Positions 1 through 13,892 of a stretch of 64,000 nt of DNA are shown in pieces (within the stretch, counting starts at the first letter, position 1; each line of letters opens with the position of its first letter). The notes under the pieces were generated by a model. That model ran no database searches. It worked only from the letters and a program-made list of their open reading frames with translations, and was not told where the DNA came from. The DNA comes from Octopus vulgaris (taxonomy: Eukaryota), in NCBI GenBank assembly GCA_951406725.2, contig OX597814.1:176886001-176950000 (forward strand), in the 5' to 3' direction. The translations under genes and the position numbers were made by a program.

Positions 1-1049
1 CTGTCACTGTGTATTCTTCTCTCACTTGCTCCACACTTCACATTCTCCCCCTAGTTTTCAATATACTGCTTCTCTCCATCCTTTCTTTTTGTACTGCCAC
101 TTATCAACTCTTTCTCTCAGAACTACTATGATTTTCTTCACATTCCCCCTCGAACTGATATTCACCTTTGATCATATCTCTACCTGTGTTTGCCATTCAC
201 TGCATTCACTTCTACCCCTGTCTCTAACCATCTGTGATTCTCCTTTCACTCTCACGAATTTACCCATCCACTCTTCCCAATCCTCAGTCTCTCTTACATC
301 CACCTTTATGTGCCTTCAGTGTATACCCTGATACCACATCCCTATTTTTTCTCTTTCCAGCTGAGACACCTGTTGTCCCTTTATCATATGCCAGCTCCCT
401 CATTACAACACCATCACTCAATGAAGCAGGGTCTTGTCTTGCAAGTTACTTGGTGACTTTACTAGTGTTGGTGTCATGTTAAAAAGCACCAAGTACATTC
501 TGTAAAGTGGTTGGTATTAGGAAGGGTATTCAGTCATAGAAACCATACCAAGGTGGACATCAACACCTGATGCAGCCCACTGGTTTGTCAGATCTTGTTG
601 AACTGTCCAACCTATGTCAACATGGAAGACAGGTCAAATGATGATGATTATGAGTATAAATGTAAATGGAACAGCCAGCAATTTTGATGATGAGTACCAT
701 AAATCTTCAAATATAGTCCGCCCTTGAGTATAATACGCAGGGAATTTTTAGGGGGCTGTGCTTCTGAAAAACCTAAACCTTGTGTATAATACACAATGTA
801 GTTATAGAAGCATCAATGACAATTCAAAACTAACAGGAACAATGTAGAACGGTCATTGATGGTTTATGCTTTACAGGGAGCGAGAGGCTTAAGTATATAT
901 CTTATATTTTACTTGTTTCAATCATTAGACTGCAGTCATGCTGGGACACAATCAATTCATGTGAAAGTGTATGTGCACTCACACACACGAGTAAAATTCT
1001 CATTCATTTATCCTTAAAATACTTTCTGTACTTAATTATGCTCAAACAC

Positions 1050-1232
1050 GGGCAGGCAGCTGAAGACATGGGCAACGACGATAAAGGAGGACCTCTCCGA
1101 ACTCTCAGATCTGCGGGTGGTCGGTCTGCACAGATGGAACCGCGAATGGCTCACTATCTCCAGTGACCTCGCACAGGACCGTCGAGCATTGTTCAGCCAT
1201 GGTTTGTGATGCCACAAGTACAAGTGAGTAAA
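1050..1232 (+). mobile_element. RTE-clade LINE 3' end
   Basis: QLKTWATTIKEDLSELSDLRVVGLHRWNREWLTISSDLAQDRRA; CAAGTA-type tail. Confidence 0.75.
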
Positions 1233-1574
1233 CACATACACAAATGAAATATGGAGATGTTAGACAAACATGAAGAAACAATTAAAAGTCTCAGTTTGTT
1301 GAGGGTGTTTTTTGTTTTCTTTGTCCCAGCATGTAGATGTATATTATGTGTAATTGAATAGGTTTATGATCAAAGGCATTTTGTTCATGACTATTTAAAT
1401 ATATTCTAGACAAAATAAACAAAATGAAAAAAATCCACCTAAACAATTTTTTAAGCCAGAAGGCCAAAATAGTAATTTAACATAATTTGTATACCTGTGA
1501 ATATATTAAACAGAGATGCACCTCCCACAATTTCTTATGTGCATGTTACTCTGTCTCATGTCTTCCTGCATCTA

Positions 1575-1720
1575 CCCCTTCCACATGTGGAAGGAGTAGA
1601 CCTAGGAAGACGTGGGATGAAGTGGTGAGAAAGGATCTTGATGTTGGGTCTTACAGAGGGGATGTCAATGGGATTGAGATTCCTGGCAGTTTGCTGTGCT
1701 GGAGAAGACATGTCAAGCTA
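1575..1720 (+). mobile_element. RTE-like LINE 3' fragment
   Basis: GRSRPRKTWDEVVRKDL; related minus-strand pieces at about 46855-47160 and 24069-24350. Confidence 0.65.
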
Positions 1721-4700
1721 AATAAAATTGGGGAGAATTCACGAAAAAACAAAAGATGAAGACAGGTGGTGTAGAAAACAAACAGATGTATTAGTATAAC
1801 GCTCAGGAATTGAAAAAGTCTTTTACATTTCGAGCCTACGCTTTTCTGCAGAAAGGGACACAGAAAAAAAACAAGGAGAGAAAAAAATGTGTGTAGTGGC
1901 TACCGATCTGTCATGGCGAGTCCTTGCATACAGGCAGGTCTCTTGCATCCCGCTCCAGTTGAGTGTTCCTAATCTTGCAGGCTCGTAGATGCTGGTACCA
2001 CATAAAAGGCATTTGTACCAGTGCCATGTAAAAGCACCCATGCCAGTGCTGTGAAAATGTGCCCAGTACACTCTGAAAAGTGGTTGGCATTAGGAAGGGC
2101 ATCCACTGGGACTGAAGCTGGACCAAGGCCTTGTGAGTGGATTATAGATGACAGAAACTGAAAGGAACCTGTCATGTGTGAGCATGTTTGTGTGTGTGTG
2201 TGTGTGTGTGTGTGCCTTTGTGTCTGTTCCGCCTCCTACCATTTGACAACTGGTGTTGGTGAGTTTACATCCCCATAACTGAGCAGTTTGGCAAAAAAAG
2301 AAACAGAATAACTACAAGGCTTTCAAAAAATAAGTACTGGTGACGATTCACCCAACTAAAATTCTTTAAGGTGGTGCTTCCTGTGTGGCTGTAGACAAAT
2401 GAGTGAAACAAGTAAAAGATAAAAGATACACTACGCCTACCCCCACCCCCAAAAAAAACAAAAATAAAACAAACGAAACAAAATGCCATGGCTGGAATGC
2501 TTTTGATTATAGGTCTGATCTGAGGCTAAACAATGACAATATTAAACAATAGAAAAAAAAAAAAAGAGTTCAGTTGTAAATGAATATAGCAGTAGTTTAT
2601 TTTAAGTCGGCCAAAGTCATGCAAACTTGTTAATTTTTGTCAAATTAATAATACCTTGCTGACTTCATTTAACTGTCAAATTCTTAAAGGATTTGCTCAA
2701 GGATTTTAGCAGCCAGCAGCTTGATGGCAGAAAATTGGAATTCAGTCAGCTATGTTTGAATATTTCAAACATAGTTGACTGCCATATTATCATCATCATC
2801 ATTAGATGGTAATTATACTGTTTACAAGCTAATGAAGGAGCTTCTAGAGGGGTGGTGGATCTGTCAGAAACAGTAGCAAAATGAAGGCGGCAAGATGGTA
2901 GAAGCGTTAGCACACCGGGCGAAATGCTTAGCAGTATTTCGTCTGTCTTTACGTCCTGAGTTCAAATTCCGCCGAGCTCCACTTTGCCTTTCATCCTTTC
3001 GGGGTCGATTAAATAAGTACCAGTTACACACTGGGGTCAATATAATCGACTTAATCCGTTTGTCCCCTCTGTGTGGGCAATAAAGAAATAAGAAACAGTA
3101 GCCAAATCTTAGAATAACATACCATAAGGCATTTAGAGTAATGTGGTTCTATTTGCAAGATGGTCATGATGCTGGAATACATTTTACCATAAGTCAGTTT
3201 GATCTGGACTGAACTGAAACTAAATAGCATCATTCTTTCATTTTTCCAAAACCAAAAGCAAAAGAAAAAAAAAATGGCTGTATGGCTAAGACATTCATTT
3301 CCCAGCTACAAGGCACTGGATTCAGCCTTACTTTTGCAATAACTTGACTAAGAGTCTCGTACCCTCATCTCAGGGTAACCAAAACCTTGGAGGTGAAATT
3401 TGGTAGAAGGAAAGAACATGGAAGCTCACTGGATGGACTGCTCCTGGTCTTTGATGGTGGGGGTACACTTAATCCATCACCTAGTTTAACACCATCACTG
3501 AGGGCTAGTAGCTTTAGTAGAGTCTATTGTAAACATTTGAGTAGGGCCTCCATCTGAGGAAAGCATTATCCCTTCTTCCCACCATCACCAAGAAAAGGTC
3601 ATGAATCGGAGATTACATTATCTGAAGTATCTTTCTTTTCTCTGCAAAGGTAGTAGTAATTTGAAGGGAACTGGCTGCTATTTCTGACATATTGAGTTTT
3701 TAGAGACTATTATTGGTTCAGAGTTGGGTGAAGTTAATATGGTTCGAGGTCAGTTTGAACTATTGAAGATCAACAGAGGGGGAGAAATCTAGGCAGAAAA
3801 GATCTTCCAGAGAAGTGCAACTCTTAAGAAGAAAGGAGCTTTGTAAAGGGTGTGGAAAGTGACATGGAGCTGGTGACAGAATAGAAATTGGTGAAATGTG
3901 CAGATTAAAGTAGAAGTAATACTAAGGCAGCTAGTTTGAAGGAGCATAGGATTGTAGCCACACATGGGCATGGCTCAATGAAGGGTACGTGATTAAAATA
4001 TTGGCTTGTAAATCAAGATTTGTCTATTGATAGAGAAGGTTTATAACAATGTTTGAAGGAGTTGCCACAATAGATACATTATGCAACACCACTCATTGTT
4101 TTTCACAAAATATAAATAAAATTTCCACTGATTGCCACAGACTACATAAATTCTCTAAAATACTAAATATGGCAACCGACTGGTGAAATCATGAGACTGT
4201 CAGACCACCTTGCAATAAGTTGTTCTAGCACTCAAGATTCTATTCAAGTAGTCTGCAACTACACGTTCCACTCCTATTTACTGTATTTAGTATGTGGATG
4301 TATATCTCTCATCACCAAAATTGGAGCAAGTGACCATCACACTTGTACTTCGGGCATGCATAAGCATTTAAATGCACATATAGAGGAAAAGAATATTTAA
4401 TGCATATAATATCATCAACATTTAACATCCACTTCCCCATGCTTGCATGAGTTAGAATAATTTGTTGAAGCAGAGGTTTTATGTGACTGGATGCCCTTCC
4501 TGTTGCTAACCCCTCACCTGTTTATAAACAAACAAGGTAATATTTACCATGGACAGACAGTTTTCATGGAAGACTGAAGATGGAAAACCACACTTATATG
4601 ACAGTGATGCTCATTTACAGCCATCATGTGATATCAATAGGAGATACACACAGCAGTGGCACGTGACTTAGTGGTTAGGATGTTGGACTCATGATTGTAA

Positions 4701-6236
4701 GATTGTGGTTTCGATTCCTGAACTGGGCGACAAGTTGTGTTCTCGAGCAAAACGCTTCATATCATGTTACTCCAGTTCACTCAACTAGCAAAAATGAATA
4801 ATCCGGCGACAGACCAGTGTCCCGTCTAGGTGGGGAGTATATACTCAATGAAAACCAACCCTTATGAGTCAGTATGACTCAAAAAGGAAACTTTACCCTT
4901 TTTGTAACACACACACACACATGATGAGCTTCTTTCGGTTTCCATCTAGCAAATCCACTCACAAGGCTTTGCTTGGCCTGGGGGTTAAAGAAGCAGGCAC
5001 TTGTCCAAATTACCACACAGTGGGACTGAACATGAGACAGAATGATTGGAAACAAGCTTCTTAACCACACAGCCACACTGGCACCTTGCAGAGTTTATTT
5101 CTTTCTTAATGTTGACATTTCATTCTGTCACTACTTTAGATACCCTTCCTGATGCCAACTCTTTACTAGCCTACAAATAAGGTATTTTTTGTTCCACTGA
5201 TCCTTTGCACATTGAACTGTGAAACTGAGGGACATTTATATGCAAGACAAATGTTACTGCTTCTCATTTGGTGTCAATGCAGACACACACATGTATGCAT
5301 ACACACATATTTTTTTGTTATATACTACACTCACAGAGTGGTTGGCGTTAGGAAGGGTCATCCAGCTGTAGAAACTCTGCCAGATCAGACTGGAGTCTGG
5401 TGCAGCCTCCTGGCTTCCCAGACCCCGGTCGAACCGTCCAACCCATGTTAGCATGGAAAACGGACGTTAAACGATGACGATGATGATAAATGGATTTCCA
5501 TACATCAAATGTCATTCACAAGGCATTGGCCAACCAGAGTGTTACATTAAGAGTACAAGTGTGTACAGAATGTTCAGACACATTATAATGTAAGATGGAT
5601 ACTGTTTGCAATTCAAAGTGATTGCCTTGTCACATGTACTCTGCTGATTACATTAAGACAGCTATTTTCAATCATTTTTTATTTAATACAAAGCCCACTA
5701 ATTAAGGCTTATAGTGCACCATCAGCTCTCTTAAAAGATTATACGTAAGTATGTATATGTGTGTGTGAAATGAGCGTCAAAATTGTTTTTAAACAGATGA
5801 GTGAATGCTTTGCACTTTGCCACCAAAAAAATGCATCAGTACAGAACATTAAAACTCCAGGAAGTCTTCTAAGCATCTTGGCAGTTTCCAACTTGAGGCA
5901 CACCTTTGGCCCACACACAAAGCAAGTCAAGAAATTTGCAGTATTGATGTGAAATCATCAACTTCGAACAAATATGTACTGCAAAGCAAGAGTACAGATG
6001 CTGTTGAGTCCCGGGTCAGTCTGATGAAGCAGACAAGATCAAAAGCAGTCTGCCAATATCTAGTCATTTTGTGAAACGTTAGCCTCCCATATTAAAAGGC
6101 TGTGGTTTAAAGGGGCAAGCATATACTCCGAACCCGACGACGATACATATTCTTTTTCTTTTTATATTTATTTATTTTAAACAAACGTGGACTATTAAGG
6201 ACACCATAAAGGTGTTTTCTTTTCTGTTTGCTTCAG

Positions 6237-6327
6237 AAAGGCCCTCGCTAAGAGGATAACTGATGTTGAGAGTAGCAACAGTTCTCCCCGATCAAGCAGA
6301 GACAATTTCCAGTCGGATGAAACCTGA
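6237..6327 (+). CDS. Possible terminal coding exon of an unidentified upstream gene
   Basis: Polypyrimidine tract + cag acceptor at 6236, then xKALAKRITDVESSNSSPRSSRDNFQSDET-TGA; repeat-poor UTR-like sequence and AATAAA at 6583 follow. Confidence 0.4.
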
Positions 6328-9299
6328 AGGAGGTTTACTGCTCTTATGTAGCATGTCAAGCAGACCGTGTACAAACTCCATTCGTTGGCTCATTTGGATA
6401 GAACGAACGGGAACGATGACGTTCATCGTTTTCTCCAAGAGAACGGCTAATCTTGTCAGCTTGTTTCGCTCTACAGCCTTTCCTCACAATGAAAGACAAC
6501 TTGTTAATAATTTAGACCTTAAATATTGCCCTAGGAAGTTACACAAGAACGTAAAATCTTCAAAAAATGTAGTAAAAATACGAATAAATCACCAACATAA
6601 TTTAGAAAACAGAAAGACATCAGTTTTCGACTGCAATGTCCAAAGAACTACATGTAATCAGCTGGTTATAAAAAAAAGCCAACGCCTTTTGTAAGCATAC
6701 ACACCCATATATGCACAATGTGCGCACGCGTGTATGTATGTGTATATATATATATATATATATACACACCATAACCCTAAACACCGGGTTTACGTATTCT
6801 TTACTTTCACTACACATACATACACATATTCACACACACAATACACTCGCACGCAAGCGAAAACCAAAATACGTAGAGGGTTTCGAACAGCCAGTCCTGT
6901 CTAGTCGACTGTACTTAACAGTGTTGAACGTAAAGCACAGTGGTCTCTATACATTAGTGTGCCGAGCACTTGTACGTCTTGGTACGATAAACCTTACGGA
7001 AGTACTATATATCTTATATGTATATATACACATACACACACTAGTGGGGATTACATGAAGTACTCTCTGTGATACGTTCCTGTAGCTTGAAGTTATTAAT
7101 ATCTACTACTCTCTATATATAACACAACGTACGGCGACGATTATAAGTAATCCAGTGTTAAAGTAGCGTATTTCTCATAACATGTACCTTTTTGACGATA
7201 TATCCAAAGCTTAAATGTTATAGACAAGGTGTATGGAAGTCATGTGACAGTCAGCCCAAATCAATCTAGAACTAATTTTAGTTGTACCCCGAAAAGATAT
7301 GTTGCCCACAGCAACAGCCCCAAACGAAACAAGAGGCTAATTTTACCTGTCAAATTGTAAATAAGCCATGTAACAACTACTATATACTGTCTATTCGTGT
7401 TTAAATTACTGCGAAAACACGAGAACAAATTATACACACACACACATACAATCTCTCATGCATGAGGGATCCTCAACTAAGTCGCTCGACCTGCTAGAAA
7501 AAAAAAAAATTTAATTACTCACAGATCAAACCTTACAATCTTAGCAAAAATAAAAAGAACGAATGACATATTGGTTAATATATTCTGAGCTACACTATGG
7601 CTAAGAAAGAAAAAGAAAAAAAACCGGATGATCAAAGGTGAAATGGATTCGATCACAGATATGTTCGATTAGGGCTCATCTGGGGGTTACACAAGAAAAC
7701 GACACTAAATATATACACGAGATAAAATAATGTACATGATATATATCAAAATTTCTCGGAATATTCGCAAAATATTATTCAGAAGTCAATAAGCGGCGAT
7801 AAATTACTGCTATTTTGAAAGAAAACAAAAAAAGGAAAGAAACGATTCGCTTAATTACTACTACGAAAGGAGCAATACTCCTAATGATTAAAATATATAT
7901 ATATATATAAAACTTAAATGATTTCGACATTGGCACTTGGCCACGAATTTCGGAGGGGCGGGCACAATTAGTTAAAATTGACTTCAGTATACTTAACTAG
8001 TAGTTTATTTTATCGATACCGGCAGAGTGAAAGGCAAAAATCTATAATCGTATTTCTACCAATGGTAGAAGACAGGAAGGAAGGGATAGCAGTGTTTTAA
8101 ACAAGAGTGTCAGAGAAGAACACTATGGTATCTAGTTGTGTGTATCAACTTAACTGAGTTCTTCTAATCCTAACTTTTCGTTTTAACCTTCCGGAAGCCG
8201 ACAAAATTAATAATACCTACGGAGATGCAGTACAGTCGATGTGCTCTTTCACTAAAATAGCCTCGTTGAGTGTTGCAAAAAGGAAAAATGATATAATGAA
8301 TCCAAAAACTAAATATAAATAATGCTTTTATTCTCCCCTAAAAACATTTGAAGGCTGAACTGAACAGTCCAGGTTTACAACAGGAAAGCTCAAGTTTGAC
8401 AATCTCCATACACACACATACGCATATTATTATATATATATAGATAGTTAGTTGGACTTTTAGTATGGATATTAGCTGGAATATTTAGAGTTAATGATGT
8501 GCAAACATTTCTGGCAACAACCATTATTATTTACTCACCATTATCTCTTTCGAAATTAAAAAAATATATATAGAGACTAGAAGTACAGAAAAAAACATAT
8601 ATGACGATATAAGTGTTATGTGTATGTATATATATTTATATATATGACAGATTTTACGGGACACGAATGTCGCAAGTTGCGAGAAAATTAAACTAATATA
8701 CATACATATATATATGTGTGTGTGTGTGTGTGTGTATAAATATATATGTGTGTGTGTGTATATAAATATATATATGTGTGTGTGTGTATGTATATATATA
8801 TATGTGTGTATGTATATATATGTGTGTGTGTATGTATATATATATGTGTGTGTGTGTATATAAATATATATATATAATATAGATGTATGTATGTATCTAT
8901 ATAAGTGTGTGTAATAATTTACATACGTTTCTTTTATTTTTTTGTTTTTGTCAAACATCTAACTTCGTAGTATAGGAACATGCTAAAGGATAAATAGTTT
9001 GTAAAGATGTTTTGGGGGGATGCCTACTTAAGTGGGGTCGAAAAGCAGAAATTTAAAAGGCAAAAAAATCAACAACATTAGCGATAGCTTTTTTAAAATC
9101 CTTTCAAGATCGGTTTCAGATCCATCATCACCAGAATAATAATAATAATAATAAAAGATAACATAATAATATACACAGTTTTAACCGCTTCCGGTACAGT
9201 AGTAAATGAAAGACTATAAGCAAGTTTTTTTTTTTTTATTTACTCAGCGACGATAAATGACAACACTTAGGAAACGATATTAATTCAAATACTAACCTC

Positions 9300-9569
9300 G
9301 CTGTCAAGATAAATCCGTTGAAAAATGTAAAGGGATAAGAATGTTAGACCTCAAACGGGTAGGAATATTTCGTGTTGGACGTGAGTCCTGATCAAACAGC
9401 CACCATATTAGACCATTCCCAGAAAGCAGAGTTAGGTTATATTTTGTTTTGACCAATGAGAACCGTCGGCAAGTTACAGCAATCGGCCAATCACAACCCT
9501 CCGTACAAAATCCATTATGGTAGACTGTTACTCGGCTTTCTTTCGTTCTAAACTCTGAAATATGTAAGT
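9300..9569 (+). promoter_or_regulatory. Candidate MBTPS1 promoter and non-coding first exon
   Basis: Inside a CpG-retaining zone; CCAAT boxes at 9453 and 9487; GTAAGT donor at 9564; the ATG exon has an acceptor just upstream, implying a 5' UTR exon. Confidence 0.55.
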
Positions 9570-12114
9570 TAAAACCCACAAATGAAAACGAAATGTACAA
9601 AGCAAAGCAAGCCTTTATATTAATTTCTCTCATTTTTTGTTTTATCGTTTCTTTAATTTTAACCATAAATTAAATTTTCCAATAATTTCATGCATGTATA
9701 TGTTAGTCCATATATATTTCTATATATTTATATATATATATATATATATTATACGCTGTGCCGTAATTCACTCTATGACTCCTTGAAGTTGCTTGATACA
9801 TACATGCCTCTCCTCCTAGGTTCCCCCTTTTCCATATAGTCTTGTCTCTAACTTTTTCGTTTCTGAATTTATTAGTATTTACAAAACAAACAACTGCATT
9901 AACAATAATAACAATAACAACTGTTTATTATACACACATTTTCTACTTTTTAAAAGAGAAAACTATGACCCCCATGTCAAAAAAGTTTAAAGGTGTAAAC
10001 CTCTTACTCTCGCATTTTGTGATTACTTGATAATTATAATTACATAGGCATTTCAGTCTACGATGCTACTTTTTTTTTTATTATTATAACTGTTTATCAA
10101 ACGTTGTTTCTTGAAATACTATACTGCAGGAATTGTAATCATTTGACTGAATTACTCATTTTAAACTATATAGTTAACTGTTATTTCATATTGTGTAACT
10201 TTTAATTAAGATACTGACGTTTTTCTTTTTAGTCAATCGCGATACCAGACTTTTTCTTTCCCCACTCCAATTCAACAATAGTTTTTAAACAGCTGAGCCG
10301 AAAGTAGAACAAACGTTCTGCACTAGGTTTTGACAACTTATATATCATGTGTTTATTTACACTTAATCTTAAACCCACCTATTGTCTGCTCAGTCCTACC
10401 TGCCTGATGTGTGTATTTATGTTTCATTCATATTTAAAACACAGTCGACACGTATCAATCTATAAATAATTCACACACCCGATCTCATTCTTGTATGTGT
10501 GTATGTATATACATAAACATTTTGTATGCCCATTTACTGATATAACGTTTTCAAATGTATGTATTTATTTTATACCTTTAAATTTTGTTTGTTAGCTAAT
10601 ATTGTTAATAATATCAAACTTTTTTTTTGTAAACTGCACAATATTTTATTTACGTAACTCATATAGCTGACACATTCCTGTAGTTTAACATATATTCGTT
10701 TCAAACGTATGGAGAAAGGTTTTATTTCATTTAGATTATCGCCAAAATAAATCTTTTACGGGTATGATCTAGCTTAATGTGTACTAATCAAATCGTATTT
10801 ACACAGTTTTTTAAAAAAAATATCATAAACAAAGCAAAGCCTTTTATATTTTTAGACCGAAAAACCACTTGAATAGTTAAAAATAACTTTATCATAGATC
10901 GACGGCTTAGAAAGTTTAGAGTATTAAGATTTTAATCCTGATTATTATGACCTGGAAAACCAGGTGCACAGCTTTAGATAATTATTTTCGATTAAAAGCT
11001 CTTGCATTTAGAACCGAAATGTTGCCAATGATAACGAGCTCTTTGGAGTCGGTTATCATAACATACGGAGAGAGACGGGGTATTATGGCGTACCAAGATC
11101 ATGAAGATTCATGAATGAATTTTTATCTCTCATTCATTAAAAAAAATTTTGTTTTTATTTTAGTTGTTGGTGTTTAACCGCAATCAATGTAGACTTTTTT
11201 TTATTTTTTACCTAAGTCAATTGGTTTTGATGCATTGCTTTGTCTCTCTACCTGCCTAGAACCCTCCCCCCATTAGCGAAATATTCCTCTCTTCCGCCTT
11301 GAAAGAGGAAGGGTATATTGGTTAATGTTCTAGAGATATACTGCACATAAGACAGTAAAATACGAGATGGTCACAACAGGAATATCTTCGATCGCATCAC
11401 GATCAGGCTTTACTCGTGGCTCAACAACCATGCCAACTGTTCGCATAATTATTTACTAGCAGAGAGACAGAATACTTGTTCAGCTCCATCACTGTTCTGC
11501 GTTCAAATCCACGCTGGCTTCTCTTGGAGAAAGCGGGTGAAGATATAAATCTTACTGCTTATAGGTCCAAGTTTATGTAACCCTCATTCTCTCAAATTGT
11601 AACCTGTCTTTGCAATGCGAAGGCGTGTGGTCTTGTAATTAGGTGTTAAGTTCACGATCATAAGGTTGTAGGTTCGATTCCTGGACCGGACGGGTTCAGT
11701 CCTTGTGCAAAGTGCATCAGTTCACGTTGCTCCAGTCTTTTGAGTTGAAAATGAATACCTGGTGGCAGTGCAGTCTTTTCTCTCTCTACACCTGTCACAT
11801 ACTGTCTCTTTGTCTAAGTCTTCATTGCCCACTACTTTTTTTTTTGTTTACAGAATTTGGTTGTTATATTTTAGAAGGTCAAGCGAACCATGGTCCTCAA
11901 GATTTTTCAAATGGTTGACCAGCAGAAAATTACCATGTTTTTTTTTTTAGTTGTGCAGCCCACATGCTTGCTATTGAGGTTTTCTTGTTGTCTCAAAGAA
12001 CACATGTTTGTTTTCTGTCTTGCCCAGTTCATGACTATGTACTGTTTAATTTCTTTTCCTGAAGTATTCGAGCAATTTTAGAAAAGTGACCCCACAAAAC
12101 CCTGATATATAATT

Positions 12115-12486
12115 ACGTAAAAAGCACTATCCGAATCGTGGCCGATGCCAGCGCCGCCTCGACTGGCTTCCATGTCGGTAGCATGTAAAAAGCACCATCC
12201 GAATCGTGGCCGAAGCCAGTGCCGCCTCGACTGGTTTCCGTGCAGGTGGCACGTAAAATGCACCAATCCGATCATGGCTGTTGCCAGCCTTGCCTGGCAC
12301 CAGTGCAGGTGGCACGTAAAAAGCACCCACTACACTCACGGAGTGGTTGGCGTTAGGAAGGGCATCCAGCTGTAGAAACACTGCCAGATCAGACTGGGCC
12401 TGGTGCAGCCTTCTGGCTTCCCAGATCCCCGGTCGAACCGTCCAACCCATGCAAGCATGGAGAACGGACGTTAAACGATGATGATG
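12115..12486 (+). mobile_element. (GAT)n-tailed retroposon family C with internal GGCACGTAAAAAGCACC minisatellite (representative copy)
   Basis: About 20 or more copies or fragments in both orientations, e.g. 5330, 17280, 17890, 22890, 24480, 25070, 27637, 34190, 35555, 45718, 46577, 48002, 50996, 63490. Confidence 0.9.
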
Positions 12487-13293
12487 TACATATGTGGAAT
12501 GGTTATGGGGATAATGTGATTAAATAGTCACTGCTAGCTAAATTGATTGAATCTTGGACAATCAGCCAAACTTTTCACCTTTGTTATAACATTGGCCTGA
12601 CTGCAAAATATTTTTATTCAACATTTATATGGCAAACAATGTTTCTTCAACTGTTGAAGGTGGCTAATTCAGTAAGTAGAGATATCAGATGAGGGTTCAG
12701 TTGTCTTTTTCTGCTTTTTGATATTCCTTCACTGACACTATTATGTTGATGACTTAATTGCTGGCTCACTTCAGTAAGTACTGTGTTATGTACTGTATAT
12801 CGATGTAGGCAGTGGGAGCTCTGTATAATTAAAAAGGCATTTAATTTATTTTCAGGGTTGCAATTAAATCCTTGATTGGAGTTATGAATGAGAAGCTTCT
12901 TTCATATGTTGGTCACAAGAATCAACAGGAATTTAAAGGTGTTAAGATGGAAGAAGGGTGGAATGTATGCCTCATATTTTGAAAAACAAAACAAAACAGA
13001 ATGATCTTTTTTGTACATATAATTAAGAAGATTGATGTTAGGTAAATTCAGAATTTGAAGATTTGTTTGGTAGGGTTGTAAAAGGTAGATTATTTGATGG
13101 CATAGTTCTACTACCATGTGTTTTACCAGCTGGCTTATAAATCCATCTTTATATCAACAATGATAGAATGTTACATTTATATTTATCACTTCAAACTGTG
13201 TACTGTAAGCAGTTAAGCAGCATATTTTATTAGGAATTTTATGAGCATTAATGAAGAAAGAAAAGAGACACCAGCATTTTGGTTAATTAAAAA

Positions 13294-13892
13294 GGCGTTG
13301 AGCTGGCAGAAACGTTAGCACGCCGGGCGAAATGCTGAGCGGTATTTCGTCTGCCGTTACGTTCTGAGTTCAAATTCCGCCAAGGTCGACTTTGCCTTTC
13401 ATCCTTTCGGGGGTCGATAAATTAAGTACCAGTTACGCACTGGGGTCGATGTAATCAACTTAATCCGTTTGTCTGTCCTCGTTTGTCCCCTCTGTGTTTA
13501 GCCCCTTACGAGTAGTAAAGAAATAGGTATTTCGTCTGCCGTTACGTTCTGAGTTCAAATTCTGCCGAGGTCAACTTTGCCTTTCATCCTTTTAGGGTCG
13601 ATAGATTAAGTACCAGTTATGCACTGAGGTCGATGTAATCGACTTAATCGTTTGTCCCCTCTGTGTTTAGCCCCTTGTGGGTAGTAAAGAAATAGGTATT
13701 TCGTCTGCCGTTAGGTTCTGAGTTCAAATTACACCGAGGTCGACTTTGCCTTTCATCCTTTCGGGGGTCGATAAATTAAGTACCAGTTACACACTGGGGT
13801 CGATGTAATCAACTTAATCCATTTGTCCTTGTTTGTCCCCTCTGTGTTTAGCCCCTTGGGGGTAGTAAAGAAATAGGTATTTATGCTCTGGA
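13294..13892 (+). repeat. Tandem trimer of tRNA-SINE family A
   Basis: Units restart at GGTATTT at 13341, 13526, 13695 and end at 13886; monomers at about 2886-3090, 15538-15750, 37889-38122. Confidence 0.9.

Noticed and set aside
5797-5952. Coding exon after AAACAG at 5796
   Set aside because: Weak pyrimidine tract, no recognisable protein similarity and no convincing donor
6263-6694. 143-aa ORF as a gene
   Set aside because: No recognisable domain; a different frame with a proper acceptor and stop explains the region better
8527-8958. ORFs rich in YIYI/HTHT/CVCV (also 16195, 29792, 50645, 59864)
   Set aside because: Translations of TA/CA microsatellites
9487-9505. ERSE or SRE feedback element in the S1P promoter
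   Set aside because: CCAAT-N9 is followed by CCGTA rather than CCACG, and the SRE resemblance is weak
12115-12330. CRISPR-like repeat-spacer array (GGCACGTAAAAAGCACC units)
   Set aside because: The spacers resemble each other, the unit is part of a dispersed retroposon, the context is eukaryotic and there are no cas genes
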